DNA of 32,000 nt from Pseudomonas aeruginosa (GCF_001457615.1 NZ_LN831024.1:5730001-5762000); one strand, 5' to 3'; shown: positions 1 to 11,104, counted from the stretch's first letter. Translations and numbers: made by a program. The notes: generated from the letters alone by a model not told the origin.

Positions 1-2
1 AC

Positions 3-2003
3 GAGATTCTCGAGCTCTACGTCAACAAGATCTACCTGGGCAACCGTGCCTATGGCATCGAGGCTGCCGCACAGGTCTATTACGGCAAGCCGATCAAAGA
101 CTTGAGCCTGGCCGAGATGGCGATGATCGCCGGCCTGCCGAAAGCGCCCTCGCGCTACAACCCGCTGGTCAACCCGACCCGCAGCACGGAACGGCGCAAC
201 TGGATCCTCGAGCGCATGCTCAAGCTCGGCTTCATCGACCAGCAACGCTACCAGGCCGCCGTCGATGAGCCGATCAACGCCTCCTACCACGTGCAGACCC
301 CCGAACTGAATGCGCCCTACATCGCCGAGATGGCCCGTGCCGAGATGGTCGGCCGCTACGGCAGCGAGGCCTATACCGAGGGCTACAAGGTCATCACCAC
401 GGTCCGCAGCGACCTGCAGAACGCCGCCAGCCAATCGGTCCGCGACGGCCTCATCGACTATGACCAGCGCCACGGCTACCGCGGCCCGGAGACCCGCCTG
501 CCGGGCCAGACCCGCGACGCCTGGCTCAAGCACCTGGGCCAGCAGCGCAGCATCGGCGGCCTGGAGCCGGCGATCGTCACCCAGGTGGAAAAGAGCGGGA
601 TCATGGTGATGACCCGCGACGGCAAGGAAGAAGCCGTGACCTGGGACAGCATGAAATGGGCACGCCCCTTCCTCAGCAACAACAGCATGGGCCCGATGCC
701 GCGCCAGCCCGCCGACGTGGCCCAGGCCGGCGACCAGATCCGCGTGCAGCGCCAGGAAGACGGCACCCTGCGCTTCGTACAGATTCCCGCCGCACAGAGC
801 GCGCTGATCTCCCTCGACCCGAAGGACGGGGCGATCCGCTCGCTGGTCGGCGGCTTCTCCTTCGAGCAGAGCAACTACAACCGCGCGATCCAGGCCAAGC
901 GCCAGCCGGGCTCCAGTTTCAAGCCGTTCATCTACAGCGCGGCCCTGGACAACGGCTTCACCGCCGCCAGCCTGGTCAACGATGCGCCGATCGTGTTCGT
1001 CGACGAGTACCTGGACAAGGTCTGGCGACCGAAGAACGACACCAATACCTTCCTCGGCCCGATCCCGCTGCGCGAAGCCCTGTACAAGTCCCGCAACATG
1101 GTCTCGATCCGCGTCCTGCAGGGCCTGGGCATCGAGCGGGCGATCAGCTACATCACCAAGTTCGGCTTCCAGCGCGACGAACTGCCGCGCAACTTCTCCC
1201 TGGCCCTGGGTACCGCGACAGTCACACCGATGGAAATCGCCGGCGCCTGGAGCGTATTCGCCAACGGCGGCTACAAGGTCAATCCGTACGTCATCGAACG
1301 CATCGAGAGCCGCGACGGACAGGTGCTGTACCAGGCCAATCCGCCCCGCGTGCCGGTGGAAGAACAGGTCGCTGCGCCGGATGCGGAAGACGCCGGGAAT
1401 CCTGGTGACCCCGAGCATCCGGAGAGCGCCGAAGGCGAAGGTTCGATCGAAGCCCAGCAAGTCGCCGCCAAGGCCCAGACCACCTTCGAGCCGACCCCGG
1501 CCGAGCGGATCATCGATGCCCGTACCGCCTATATCATGACCAGCATGCTGCAGGACGTGATCAAGCGCGGTACCGGGCGTCGCGCCCTGGCGCTGAAGCG
1601 CACCGACCTGGCCGGCAAGACCGGCACCACCAACGATTCCAAGGATGGCTGGTTCTCCGGCTACAACTCCGACTACGTGACCAGCGTCTGGGTCGGCTTC
1701 GACCAGCCGGAGACCCTGGGTCGCCGCGAGTACGGCGGTACCGTCGCGCTGCCGATCTGGATCAGGTACATGGGCTTCGCCCTCAAGGACAAGCCGATGC
1801 ACACCATGGCCGAGCCGCCAGGCATCGTCAGCCTGCGCATCGACCCGGTGACCGGCCGTTCGGCCGCGCCGGGCACTCCCGGCGCCTATTTCGAGATGTT
1901 CAAGAACGAGGATACCCCGCCCTCGGTCAATGAACTGCCGCCAGGCAGCTTCCCTGGCAGCCCGCTGCCGGATGACGAAGGCGCGCCGATCGACCTGTTC
2001 TGA
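3..2003 (+). CDS. ponA: Class A penicillin-binding protein 1A (bifunctional transglycosylase/transpeptidase), 5'-truncated by the window edge
   Basis: Open frame 3 from the window start (EILELYVNKIYLGNRAYGIEAAAQVYYGK, glycosyltransferase motif), then transpeptidase motifs PGSSFKPF, KSRN and KTGTT; stop TGA at 2001-2003. Confidence 0.96.
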   Translation, partial: EILELYVNKIYLGNRAYGIEAAAQVYYGKPIKDLSLAEMAMIAGLPKAPSRYNPLVNPTRSTERRNWILERMLKLGFIDQQRYQAAVDEPINASYHVQTPELNAPYIAEMARAEMVGRYGSEAYTEGYKVITTVRSDLQNAASQSVRDGLIDYDQRHGYRGPETRLPGQTRDAWLKHLGQQRSIGGLEPAIVTQVEKSGIMVMTRDGKEEAVTWDSMKWARPFLSNNSMGPMPRQPADVAQAGDQIRVQRQEDGTLRFVQIPAAQSALISLDPKDGAIRSLVGGFSFEQSNYNRAIQAKRQPGSSFKPFIYSAALDNGFTAASLVNDAPIVFVDEYLDKVWRPKNDTNTFLGPIPLREALYKSRNMVSIRVLQGLGIERAISYITKFGFQRDELPRNFSLALGTATVTPMEIAGAWSVFANGGYKVNPYVIERIESRDGQVLYQANPPRVPVEEQVAAPDAEDAGNPGDPEHPESAEGEGSIEAQQVAAKAQTTFEPTPAERIIDARTAYIMTSMLQDVIKRGTGRRALALKRTDLAGKTGTTNDSKDGWFSGYNSDYVTSVWVGFDQPETLGRREYGGTVALPIWIRYMGFALKDKPMHTMAEPPGIVSLRIDPVTGRSAAPGTPGAYFEMFKNEDTPPSVNELPPGSFPGSPLPDDEGAPIDLF

Positions 2004-2055
2004 ACCGGCCGGCGCCTGCGGTTCGTTGGCGACGACGGGAGCGCGAGGCGCAGGC

Positions 2056-2089
2056 AAAAAGAAACCCCGCCAAGGCGGGGTTTCTTTTT
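2056..2089. terminator. Bidirectional Rho-independent terminator between convergent ponA and maeB
   Basis: Perfect 16-nt inverted repeat aaaaagaaaccccgcc / ggcggggtttcttttt with A-tract on the left and T-tract on the right. Confidence 0.93.
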
Positions 2090-2107
2090 ATCCGGCGGAT
2101 CGATCGA

Positions 2108-3376
2108 TCAGCCGTTGAAGACGTCGTCCACCGATTTCAGCGGATAGTTCTTCGGATACGGCAGGGTAGCCACGCCGGTCTCGATGGCAGCCTTGGCCAC
2201 GGCATCGGAGACCACGGTGATCAGGCGCTTGTCCATCGGCTTCGGAATGATGTACTCGCGGCCGAATTCCAGCTTGTCCACGCCATAGGCGGCGCAGACG
2301 TCTTCCGGGACCGGCTGCTTGGCCAGGTCGCGCAGGGCCAGGGCGGCGGCGATCTTCATCTCTTCGTTGATGCGCGTGGCACGTACGTCCAGGGCACCAC
2401 GGAAGATGAAGGGGAAACCGAGCACGTTGTTGACCTGATTCGGATAGTCGGAACGACCGGTAGCCATGATCACGTCGTTACGGGTGGCATGGGCCAGTTC
2501 CGGCTTGATCTCCGGGTCCGGGTTCGAGCAGGCGAACACGATCGGGTTCGGCGCCATGCGCTTGAGGTCTTCCGGCTCCAGCAGGTTGGCGCCGGACAGG
2601 CCGACGAACACGTCGGCGCCCTCCAGGGCGTCGGCCAGGGTGCGCTTGTCGGTCTCGGTGGCGAACACCGACTTGTACTGGTTCAGGTCGTCGCGACCGG
2701 CGTGGATCACGCCCTTGCGGTCGATCATGTAGATGTTCTCGACCTTGGCGCCCATGCTCACCAGCAGCTTCATGCAGGAGATGGCGGCAGCGCCGGCGCC
2801 GAGGCAGACGACCTTCGCTTCTTCCAGCTTCTTGCCGGCCAGTTCCAGCGCGTTGAGCATGCCCGCCGCGGTAACGATGGCGGTGCCGTGCTGGTCATCG
2901 TGGAACACCGGGATGTCGCACTGTTCGATCAGCGCGCGCTCGATCTCGAAACACTCGGGAGCCTTGATGTCCTCGAGGTTGATACCGCCGAAGGTGATGG
3001 AAATACGCTTGACGGTATCGATGAAAGCCTGCGGGCTCTCGGCGTCGACCTCGATGTCGAACACGTCGATGCCGGCGAAGCGCTTGAACAGCACACCCTT
3101 GCCTTCCATCACCGGCTTGGAGGCCAGCGGGCCGAGGTTACCCAGGCCGAGAATCGCGGTGCCGTCGGAAATCACTGCCACCAGGTTGCCCTTGCCGGTG
3201 TACTGGTAGGCCAGCTCGGCATCGCGGGCGATTTCACGCACCGGCTCGGCGACACCCGGGCTGTAGGCCAGGGACAGGTCCCGGGCGGTAGCGGTGGGTT
3301 TGGTCAGCTCGACACTCAGTTTTCCCGGACGGGGTTGTGCGTGATATTCGAGGGCAGCGGTTTTAAGATCGGACAT
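2108..3376 (-). CDS. maeB: NADP-dependent malic enzyme, short form (422 aa)
   Basis: Malic enzyme motifs SLAYSPGVAEP, TAILGLGNLG, FGGINLEDIKAPECFEIE, DIPVFHDDQHGTAIV, VVCLGAGAAAI. Confidence 0.93.
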   Translation of the reverse strand: MSDLKTAALEYHAQPRPGKLSVELTKPTATARDLSLAYSPGVAEPVREIARDAELAYQYTGKGNLVAVISDGTAILGLGNLGPLASKPVMEGKGVLFKRFAGIDVFDIEVDAESPQAFIDTVKRISITFGGINLEDIKAPECFEIERALIEQCDIPVFHDDQHGTAIVTAAGMLNALELAGKKLEEAKVVCLGAGAAAISCMKLLVSMGAKVENIYMIDRKGVIHAGRDDLNQYKSVFATETDKRTLADALEGADVFVGLSGANLLEPEDLKRMAPNPIVFACSNPDPEIKPELAHATRNDVIMATGRSDYPNQVNNVLGFPFIFRGALDVRATRINEEMKIAAALALRDLAKQPVPEDVCAAYGVDKLEFGREYIIPKPMDKRLITVVSDAVAKAAIETGVATLPYPKNYPLKSVDDVFNG

Positions 3377-3567
3377 TTGGGCACTTCCGCTTTATTGCTT
3401 GTTGGACAGACGGGGCGACCGAGCATACGCAAGAAGACGACGCCCCACAAGATCGTCAGGACCCGGCTGTCAAGACCTCTAGCGTACGACTTTAAGCCAA
3501 TCGCCCGGACGGGGTTCACCGCTCGGATAAAGGTCATTCAGCAGACGCAGACGAGCCACGGAGTCAC

Positions 3568-4917
3568 TCAATGACCCCTCGCCGCCAGCCGCCAATTGCT
3601 CCAGCGTCTGCCCGCCTTGACCTGCACCAGGTGCAGGCGTCGCGGCTGCGCCAGGGCCCGCTCCTTGTCGCGCAGCGGACGGAAGCTGCGGATCACGCTG
3701 AGGAAGCGGTCGTCCTGGGTCTCCAGGGAACCGACCTTGACCACGCCGACGAACAGGTAGGCGCGGTCGCCCTGGTAGATCACAGCAACCCGTCGCGCCG
3801 GGTTGCCTGGCACCACCGCCGTGTAGCCGTTCAGTCCTGCCTGCTTCAGCGACTCTTCCTGGGCCAGCCGTTGCCCGGCGTTCTTGCGCAGGAACTCCGC
3901 GGGCGTCAGGCGGGAATCATGGGGCACCAGCTTCATGCCGATGAACGACTGCTCGTCCGCCGGATAGCCAAGCAGGGCACTGGGCTGGTTGAGGATCTTC
4001 CAGCCCGCCGGATAGCTCAGGGTGAAGTCCAGCTCGGCATGGTAGAAGTTCTGCCCGCGACGCACCCCGGCCGATGCCGAGTCGCCGAACGGCATGCCTT
4101 CCAGATGGCGAAGAAAGACCTCGCGCCCCACTTCCTGCTGTCCGTTGGCCAGTTGCCGGGCCGGGCCGACCACTTCCTGCAGACGCCGGTCGTTGTCCGG
4201 ATGGGTATCGAACAACCCGTGGTAGCCGCCGGCCTGTACCGCCTGGCCATTGCGCGCAGCCTCTTCGCGAGCGAAGTCCTCCTGGTTCTTCAGCACCCGC
4301 ACCACCTGGATCATCGCCGTCGGATCGTAGCCGGCGCGGGCCAGGTACTGAGCGCCGAGACCATCGGCTTCCAGTTCCATGTCACGCCCGTAGCCGCGGA
4401 CGAAGGCCGTGCCGAGCACGTTGGCCAGGTCGCCGGCGGCACCGACCCCGGTGCCGATCGCCACCGCCTGGCCAAGGATGTTCCAGGCGCTGGCCTGGCT
4501 CTGCTGGCGCACGCTGTGGCGCGCCGTGACGTGGCCGACCTCATGACCGAGCACCGCGGCCAGTTCGGCCTCGGAGCCAAGGTAGGCGATCAGTCCGCGA
4601 TGGATATAGATGTAGCCGCCCGGCAGGGCGAAGGCGTTGATGTCCGGCGAATCGATGACGGTGAAATGATATTGCAGATTGCTGCGGTGGCTGCTGCGGG
4701 CGACCCGCTCGCCTACCCGTTGCACGTAGGCCTGGAGCTTTTCATCGTTGTAGCGGGGGAACTGCTTGAGGATTTCCTGGTTGTAGCGAGCGCCCATGCC
4801 GAGTTCCTGCTGCTCGCTCATCATCACGAAATCGCTCTTGCCGGTGGCCGGGTTCACCGCGCAGCCGCCCAGCGCGCCGACTCCCAGCAACAGCAGCAGG
4901 AGCCAGGCGGTCTTCAT
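3568..4917 (-). CDS. M48-family (Loiasa/YfgC-like) zinc metalloprotease lipoprotein
   Basis: Start at MKTAWLLLLLLGVGALGGCAVNP (lipobox LGGC), zinc motif LGHEVGHVTARH. The ORF call to 5226 has a non-protein-like N-terminus overlapping the upstream gene. Confidence 0.88.
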   Translation of the reverse strand: MKTAWLLLLLLGVGALGGCAVNPATGKSDFVMMSEQQELGMGARYNQEILKQFPRYNDEKLQAYVQRVGERVARSSHRSNLQYHFTVIDSPDINAFALPGGYIYIHRGLIAYLGSEAELAAVLGHEVGHVTARHSVRQQSQASAWNILGQAVAIGTGVGAAGDLANVLGTAFVRGYGRDMELEADGLGAQYLARAGYDPTAMIQVVRVLKNQEDFAREEAARNGQAVQAGGYHGLFDTHPDNDRRLQEVVGPARQLANGQQEVGREVFLRHLEGMPFGDSASAGVRRGQNFYHAELDFTLSYPAGWKILNQPSALLGYPADEQSFIGMKLVPHDSRLTPAEFLRKNAGQRLAQEESLKQAGLNGYTAVVPGNPARRVAVIYQGDRAYLFVGVVKVGSLETQDDRFLSVIRSFRPLRDKERALAQPRRLHLVQVKAGRRWSNWRLAARGH

Positions 4918-5717
4918 GGCAACCATTCCAGCATCGCCGGATCGGTCACCGACATCTGCCAGCGCGCCTTGCCGGCCGGCACAGCGCCACGGCGGGAACG
5001 ATCGACCACCCAGCCACGCACTTCCAGCGAACGTCCCGCCATCTGCATCACCCGTTTCGCATCGAACGCCTTGAGCACCTTCGGCTCGATCCGCAGGACC
5101 AGCGGACCGTCCATCTCCAGCCAGATACCGCCCCGGTTGCGTTCGACCTCGAGCACCCGCCCGCGGACCACGGCGAAGCCGCTCTGCGCCAGTCGATCGA
5201 GCGAAAGCACCGGCGAACGCTTCCATACACCCAGATTAGCCGAACGCGCTGCACGTTCCGCCGCTTGCTGACAGGCCGTCAGCTCGGTGTTCGGCGCGAC
5301 CGCCACCAGGTAGCCCAGGCCCTCGCCGAGCAGGCGCGCCTCGAGGTTGGCGCCGCTGGCATCGAACAGGTGCGCCAGGGTCCGCCCGTAGTGATCGCGG
5401 GCCTGGCGGCCCGGCTGCAGGGCGAGACGCCCGTCGCTGGCCGATACCAGCGCCTGCAGTCGCTGCTTCGCGGCTTCGGCGAAGGGCTCGGTGGTGCGAC
5501 CGTTGTGCGCCAGCTCAGGCGCGTTGATACCGATCAGCCGCACGCTGCGGCCATCGCGCAGGCGCACGGTATCGCCGTCCACCACCCGCGCCACCTCGAC
5601 GTTCTGCAAGGCGCCGGTAGGCCGGCAGGCCTCCGCCGCACCGGCGAAGGCGGAAACCACGGACATGAAAAAGGCGCCCACCAGGGACGCCTTTCTCGGT
5701 ACAGCGACAAGTAGCAT
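4914..5717 (-). CDS. Staphylococcal nuclease-like (SNase/TNase) domain protein with N-terminal signal-like segment
   Basis: MLLVAVPRKASLVGAFFMSVVSAFAGAAEA leader, then VARVVDGDTVRLRDGRSVRLIGINAPEL and DHYGRTLAHLF typical of SNase fold. The stop overlaps the next start as ATGA. Confidence 0.85.
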   Translation of the reverse strand: MLLVAVPRKASLVGAFFMSVVSAFAGAAEACRPTGALQNVEVARVVDGDTVRLRDGRSVRLIGINAPELAHNGRTTEPFAEAAKQRLQALVSASDGRLALQPGRQARDHYGRTLAHLFDASGANLEARLLGEGLGYLVAVAPNTELTACQQAAERAARSANLGVWKRSPVLSLDRLAQSGFAVVRGRVLEVERNRGGIWLEMDGPLVLRIEPKVLKAFDAKRVMQMAGRSLEVRGWVVDRSRRGAVPAGKARWQMSVTDPAMLEWLP

Positions 5718-5740
5718 TGCGCGCGTTCGCGGCAAGCGGC

Positions 5741-5956
5741 TTACTTGGTGGCGCCGAATACGCCGAAACGCTGCTTGAAGCGGTCGATACGGCCGCCGGT
5801 GTCCAGCACCTTCTGCTTGCCGGTGTAGAACGGGTGGCATTCGGAGCACACGTCCAGGTGGATCGGCTTGCACAGGGTGGAACGGGTCTTGATGACGTTA
5901 CCGCAGCTGCAGGTAGCTTCGATAGCTTCGTAAGTCGGATGGATGTCCGCTTTCAT
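5741..5956 (-). CDS. rpmE: 50S ribosomal protein L31, cysteine-containing (zinc) type
   Basis: 71 aa [27 protein letters not shown]...[17 protein letters not shown]; CxC...CxxC. Confidence 0.97.
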   Translation of the reverse strand: MKADIHPTYEAIEATCSCGNVIKTRSTLCKPIHLDVCSECHPFYTGKQKVLDTGGRIDRFKQRFGVFGATK

Positions 5957-6131
5957 GATTCAATCCTCGAGGCGTTGTGTGCCGCCACCCAGCGCGTTTA
6001 CCAGGCACCGCACGTAATTAAGGGCGTGGATCATACCAGACCGATTCATCTATGCAAGCGACCCCGCCCGCCGGTCGTCTGCTAACATCGCCGGCCCAGT
6101 CCTCGTTTCCTTCATCCCCGGAAGCCGCTGA

Positions 6132-8351
6132 GTGTCAGACCTGATCCTACGCCTAGCCCTGCCTTCGCCACTCCGCCGCCTGTTCGACTACCGCGCGCCC
6201 CGCGGCATTCCGCGCAGCGCCCTACAGCCGGGGATTCGCCTGCTGCTGCCGTTCGGGCGCCGGGAGCTGGTTGGCGTTCTGATAGAGGTGACGGACCGTT
6301 CCGAAGTACCCGAAGACAAGCTCAAGCCTGCCCTCAGGGTACTCGACGCCAAGCCGCCGATGCCGGCGCACCTGCTCGAACTCTGTCGCTGGACCGCCCA
6401 GTACTACCAGCACAGCCTCGGCGACACCCTGTCCTGGGCGCTGCCCAACCTGTTGCGCCAGGGCGAGCCGGCCGAGGCGCGCCAGCAGCGCTTCTGGCAT
6501 GCCACCGCGCAATCCAGCCTCGACGATCCGCGCCTGGCCCGGGCGCCGCGCCAGCGCCAGGCCCTGGCGATTCTCAAGCAGCATCCGCACGGGGTGTCCC
6601 ATGAGTTGCTGAACCAGTTGCAGATAAACAAGGACAGCCTCGACCTGCTCAAGGAAAAAGGCTTGGTCGAACTGGAGGTGCGGCGCCACAGCACCCCGCC
6701 GCGCGAAGGCGGCTGGCTGGCCCAGGCGGAGTTGCCGCTGAACCCCGAGCAGCGCGCCGCCTTCGAGGCGGTTCGCGCCAGCCACGGCGGTTTCCATTGC
6801 TTCCTGCTGGCCGGGGTCACCGGCAGCGGCAAGACCGAGGTCTACCTGCAACTGATCCGCGAAACCCTGGCCGCAGGCCGCCAGGCCTTGGTGCTGATTC
6901 CCGAGATCAACCTGGGGCCGCAGACCCTGGCGCGTTTCGAACGCCGCTTCAACGCGCGCATCGCCCTGCTGCATTCGGCCCTGACCGACCGCGAGCGCCT
7001 CGACGCCTGGCTCGCCGCCCGGGATGGCGAGGCCGACATCGTCATCGGCACCCGCTCGGCACTGTTCACGCCGCTGAAGCGGCCGGGACTGATCATCGTC
7101 GACGAGGAACACGACGCCTCCTATAAACAGCAGGACGGACTGCGCTACCACGCCCGCGACCTGGCACTGGTACGCGCACGCCTGGAGAACGTGCCGATCC
7201 TGCTCGGTTCGGCCACGCCCGCCCTGGAAAGCCTGCACAACGCCCAGGCCGGCCGCTACGGCCTGCTGCGCCTGACCCAGCGCGCCGGTGGCGCGCACCC
7301 GCCGAAATTCATCCGCCTCGACGTGAAGAGCATGCCGCTCGACGCCGGCCTTTCCCGCCCGCTGCAACAGGCCATCGGCGATACCCTGGCGGCCGGCCAG
7401 CAGGTCCTGGTGTTCCTCAACCGCCGCGGCTTCGCTCCGACCCTGCTTTGCCACGACTGCGGCTGGATCAGCCAATGCCCGCGCTGCGACGCGCGGATGA
7501 CCGTGCACCAGGGCAGCGGCGAGTTGCGCTGCCACCACTGCGACCACCGCCAGCGGCCGCCGATGAACTGCCCGCAGTGCGGCAAGCTCGACCTGCGTCC
7601 GGTAGGCGCCGGCACCGAGCGCGCCGAGGAACGCCTGCGGATTCTCTTCCCGAACCATCCGGTGCTGCGCATCGACCGCGACAGCACCTCGCGCAAGCAC
7701 GCCATGCGCGACCTCTTCGCCACCATCAACAGCGGTGAGCCATGCATCCTGGTCGGCACCCAGATGCTCGCCAAGGGGCACCACTTCCCACGGGTCACCC
7801 TGGTGGCGATCCTCGATGCCGATGGCGGCCTGTTTTCCGCCGACTTCCGCGCCAGCGAACGCATGGCCCAGCAGATCGTCCAGGTCGCCGGCCGCGCAGG
7901 ACGCGCCGAGGAGCCCGGACGGGTACTGATCCAGACCCACCTGGCCGATCACCCGCTGCTGGTCCAGCTCACCGAGGACGGCTACTTCGCCTTTGCCGAA
8001 CAGGCCCTCAGCGAACGCCGCGCCGCCGGCCTGCCGCCCTTCGCCCACCTCGCCCTGCTGCGCGCCGAAGCGCACAAGCCGGGCCAGGCGGAAGCCTTCC
8101 TCGACAGCGCCTGCAGTGCCGCCGAGCAATTGCTCGAGCAGATGGGCGGACCGGAGGTGGAACTGCTCGGGCCGGTGCCCGCGCCCATGGAGCGGCGTGC
8201 CGGCAAGCACCGCGCGCAACTGCTGCTGCAGTGCATGAGCCGGGCGCCGCTGCATCGCCTGCTGACGCCCTGGCTGCAGAGCCTCGAACAGTTGCCCGGC
8301 GGGCGCCAGGTGCGCTGGTCGCTCGATATCGATCCGATCGACCTGTTCTGA
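6132..8351 (+). CDS. priA: Primosomal replication protein N' / helicase PriA (GTG start)
   Basis: Walker A GVTGSGKTEVY, DEEHD box, GSATPALES, zinc-cysteine array CHDCGWISQCPRCDARM...CHHCDHR...CPQCG, helicase C-terminal QMLAKGHHFPRVTLV. Confidence 0.97.
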   Translation: MSDLILRLALPSPLRRLFDYRAPRGIPRSALQPGIRLLLPFGRRELVGVLIEVTDRSEVPEDKLKPALRVLDAKPPMPAHLLELCRWTAQYYQHSLGDTLSWALPNLLRQGEPAEARQQRFWHATAQSSLDDPRLARAPRQRQALAILKQHPHGVSHELLNQLQINKDSLDLLKEKGLVELEVRRHSTPPREGGWLAQAELPLNPEQRAAFEAVRASHGGFHCFLLAGVTGSGKTEVYLQLIRETLAAGRQALVLIPEINLGPQTLARFERRFNARIALLHSALTDRERLDAWLAARDGEADIVIGTRSALFTPLKRPGLIIVDEEHDASYKQQDGLRYHARDLALVRARLENVPILLGSATPALESLHNAQAGRYGLLRLTQRAGGAHPPKFIRLDVKSMPLDAGLSRPLQQAIGDTLAAGQQVLVFLNRRGFAPTLLCHDCGWISQCPRCDARMTVHQGSGELRCHHCDHRQRPPMNCPQCGKLDLRPVGAGTERAEERLRILFPNHPVLRIDRDSTSRKHAMRDLFATINSGEPCILVGTQMLAKGHHFPRVTLVAILDADGGLFSADFRASERMAQQIVQVAGRAGRAEEPGRVLIQTHLADHPLLVQLTEDGYFAFAEQALSERRAAGLPPFAHLALLRAEAHKPGQAEAFLDSACSAAEQLLEQMGGPEVELLGPVPAPMERRAGKHRAQLLLQCMSRAPLHRLLTPWLQSLEQLPGGRQVRWSLDIDPIDLF

Positions 8352-8600
8352 GCGCCTTCCAGGAAGACGCCCCGCTTGACTGGGGTCAGCCGGAATCCGC
8401 GATGTCCGGCGCAAACTGTCGGCTAATCGCCGCAACGGTTGGCAACGCCTGTCCGCCCACGGATAATGCGCGGTTCTGAGCCTCGACCGGCCACCCCGCG
8501 CACATCGCGGGGAGTGAACTTCGGAGCGCCGCATCCGCCGGCCCTTCCCCTGCCCGACCGTCGCGCGCCGCCCCTCTGCCCGCGAGCACGGAGAAAAACG

Positions 8601-10364
8601 ATGAAAGACACGATTCGCCAGCTGATCCAGCAAGCCCTCGACCAACTGACCGCAGACGGCACCCTGCCCGCCGGCCTGACCCCGGACATCCAGGTGGAGA
8701 ACACCAAGGACCGTAGCCACGGCGATTTCGCCAGCAACATCGCCATGATGCTGGCCAAGCCGGCCGGGATGAAGCCGCGCGACCTGGCCGCCAGGCTGGT
8801 CGAGGCAATCCCCGCTCACGAGCAACTGGCCAAGGTGGAGATCGCCGGCCCCGGCTTCCTCAACTTCTTCCAGGATCACGTCTGGCTCGCCGCCAGCCTC
8901 GACCGCGCCCTCGCCGACGAACGTCTCGGCGTGCGCAAGGCAGGCCCGGCGCAGCGCGTGGTGATCGACCTGTCCTCGCCGAACCTGGCCAAGGAAATGC
9001 ACGTCGGCCACCTGCGCTCGACCATCATCGGCGACGCCGTCGCGCGCGTCCTCGAGTTCCTCGGCGACACGGTGATCCGGCAGAACCATGTCGGCGACTG
9101 GGGCACCCAGTTCGGCATGCTGCTCGCCTACCTGGAAGAGCAACCGGTCGACGCCGAGGCCGAGCTGCACGACCTGGAGGTCTTCTACCGCGCGGCGAAG
9201 AAACGCTTCGACGAGTCTCCCGAATTCGCCGACCGCGCCCGCGAACTGGTAGTCAAGCTGCAGGCCGGCGACCCCGACTGCCTGCGCCTGTGGACCCGCT
9301 TCAACGAGATTTCCCTGTCGCACTGCCAGAAGGTCTACGACCGTCTCGGCGTGAAGCTGAGCATGGCCGACGTCATGGGCGAGAGCGCCTACAACGACGA
9401 CCTCGCCCAGGTGGTCGCCGACCTGACCGCCAAGGGCCTGCTCACCGAAGACAACGGCGCGTTGTGCGTCTTCCTCGAAGAGTTCAAGAACGCCGAGGGC
9501 AATCCGCTCCCGGTGATCGTGCAGAAGGCCGGCGGCGGCTACCTCTACGCCACCACCGACCTCGCCGCCATGCGTTATCGGCACAACGTGCTGCACGCCG
9601 ACCGCGTGCTGTACTTCGTCGACCAGCGCCAGGCCCTGCACTTCCAGCAGGTCTTCGAAGTGGCGCGGCGCGCCGGTTTCGTTCCGGCCGGCATGGAGCT
9701 GGAGCACATGGGCTTCGGCACCATGAACGGCGCCGACGGCCGTCCGTTCAAGACCCGCGACGGCGGTACGGTGAAGCTGATCGACCTGCTGGAAGAGGCC
9801 GAGAGCCGCGCCTATGCGCTGGTCAAGGAACGCAACGAGCAGCGCGCCGAGCGTGGCGAGGAGCCGTTCGACGAGGTCCAGCTGCGCGAGATCGGCCGGG
9901 TGGTGGGGATCGACTCGGTGAAGTACGCCGACCTGTCCAAGCACCGCACCAGCGACTACAGCTTCAACTTCGAACTGATGCTGAGCTTCGAAGGCAACAC
10001 CGCACCCTACCTGCTCTACGCCTGCACCCGCGTGGCCAGCGTCTTCCGCAAGCTCGGCCAGGGCCGCGAGCAACTGGGCGGGAAGATCGTCCTCGAGCAG
10101 CCCCAGGAGCTGGCCCTGGCCGCACAGCTGGCGCAGTTCGGCGACCTGATCAACAACGTCGCGCTCAAGGGCGTGCCGCACCTGCTCTGCGCCTACCTGT
10201 ACGAGTTGGCCGGGCTGTTCTCCAGCTTCTACGAGCATTGCCCGATCCTCACCGCCGAGGACCCGGCGCAGAAGGACAGCCGCCTGCGTCTCGCCGCGCT
10301 GACCGGCCGTACCCTGGAACAGGGCCTGGAGCTGCTCGGTCTGAAGACTCTGGAACGCATGTAA
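8601..10364 (+). CDS. argS: Arginyl-tRNA synthetase (587 aa)
   Basis: [29 protein letters not shown] (HIGH-like motif), [24 protein letters not shown]; start [16 protein letters not shown] preceded by a GGAG-like RBS. Confidence 0.96.
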   Translation: MKDTIRQLIQQALDQLTADGTLPAGLTPDIQVENTKDRSHGDFASNIAMMLAKPAGMKPRDLAARLVEAIPAHEQLAKVEIAGPGFLNFFQDHVWLAASLDRALADERLGVRKAGPAQRVVIDLSSPNLAKEMHVGHLRSTIIGDAVARVLEFLGDTVIRQNHVGDWGTQFGMLLAYLEEQPVDAEAELHDLEVFYRAAKKRFDESPEFADRARELVVKLQAGDPDCLRLWTRFNEISLSHCQKVYDRLGVKLSMADVMGESAYNDDLAQVVADLTAKGLLTEDNGALCVFLEEFKNAEGNPLPVIVQKAGGGYLYATTDLAAMRYRHNVLHADRVLYFVDQRQALHFQQVFEVARRAGFVPAGMELEHMGFGTMNGADGRPFKTRDGGTVKLIDLLEEAESRAYALVKERNEQRAERGEEPFDEVQLREIGRVVGIDSVKYADLSKHRTSDYSFNFELMLSFEGNTAPYLLYACTRVASVFRKLGQGREQLGGKIVLEQPQELALAAQLAQFGDLINNVALKGVPHLLCAYLYELAGLFSSFYEHCPILTAEDPAQKDSRLRLAALTGRTLEQGLELLGLKTLERM

Positions 10365-10398
10365 TCGAACCCGCCCGAACAGGAGTCCGGGAACCCCC

Positions 10399-11094
10399 AT
10401 GGCAAAGAAGAAACCCGCCCCCAAGCGCGGCGCCAGCCGCTACCAGGCGCCCGCCGCGAAGAACGGCGTTCCCGGCTGGGTCTGGCTGGTCGCCGGCCTG
10501 GCCATCGGCGGCTTCATCATGTTCCTGATGAAGCTCGAACCCGGGCGCAAGGACGTCCAGCGCGAACGCCCGGACGCCCAGCGCCCGGCCGCCGTGCAGG
10601 GCAAGCAGCCGCAGCAGAACGGCCAGGCCCAGCAGCCCGCACAAACGCAGACGCCGGCCCAGGCCAAGCCGAAGTACGAGTTCTACACCCTGCTGCCGGA
10701 GTCCGAGGTCGTGGTGCCGCCGGAAGCGGTACCGGAGAAGGCCCCGCCGCCGCCCACCCCCGCCGAGCTGGCCAAGGCCGACGAAGCGCGGGCCAAGGCC
10801 GCACTCGCCGGGCAGGTGCCACCGCCGCTGCCGAAAGCGGTGGTCGCCGCCAGCACGCAGTTCTTCCTGCAGGCCGGCTCGTTCCGCAAGCAGTCCGACG
10901 CCGACCGCGTGCGCGCGCAGATCATCCTGCTCGGGCAGTCGGTGAACGTCGAGGCCGGCAACGTCCGCGACGAGACCTGGTACCGGGTGATGGTCGGCCC
11001 GTTCAACAGCCGCGACCAGTTGTCCCAGGCGCAGAAGACACTGTCCTCCAACGGCTTCAGCAACCTGCTGTTACAGCAACGCAAGGCCCGCTGA
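10399..11094 (+). CDS. FtsN-like SPOR-domain protein (single N-terminal TM, P/Q-rich linker)
   Basis: Lys-rich cytoplasmic start, [20 protein letters not shown], low-complexity linker, C-terminal SPOR repeats [25 protein letters not shown]...[15 protein letters not shown]. Confidence 0.87.
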   Translation: MAKKKPAPKRGASRYQAPAAKNGVPGWVWLVAGLAIGGFIMFLMKLEPGRKDVQRERPDAQRPAAVQGKQPQQNGQAQQPAQTQTPAQAKPKYEFYTLLPESEVVVPPEAVPEKAPPPPTPAELAKADEARAKAALAGQVPPPLPKAVVAASTQFFLQAGSFRKQSDADRVRAQIILLGQSVNVEAGNVRDETWYRVMVGPFNSRDQLSQAQKTLSSNGFSNLLLQQRKAR

Positions 11095-11104
11095 GCGCGG
11101 GCCA

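Noticed and set aside
8334-8351. Identical 18-nt ending ccgatcgacctgttctga shared by ponA (1986-2003) and priA (8334-8351)
   Set aside because: Both encode PIDLF-stop with preferred high-GC codons. No flanking similarity, so likely coincidence.
6222-10424. 1400-aa minus-strand ORF, the longest in the track
   Set aside because: Antisense to priA and argS, which have clear motifs. Its composition (VEAGGEP, LGQVG repeats) is typical of high-GC antisense frames without stops. No domain is recognisable.
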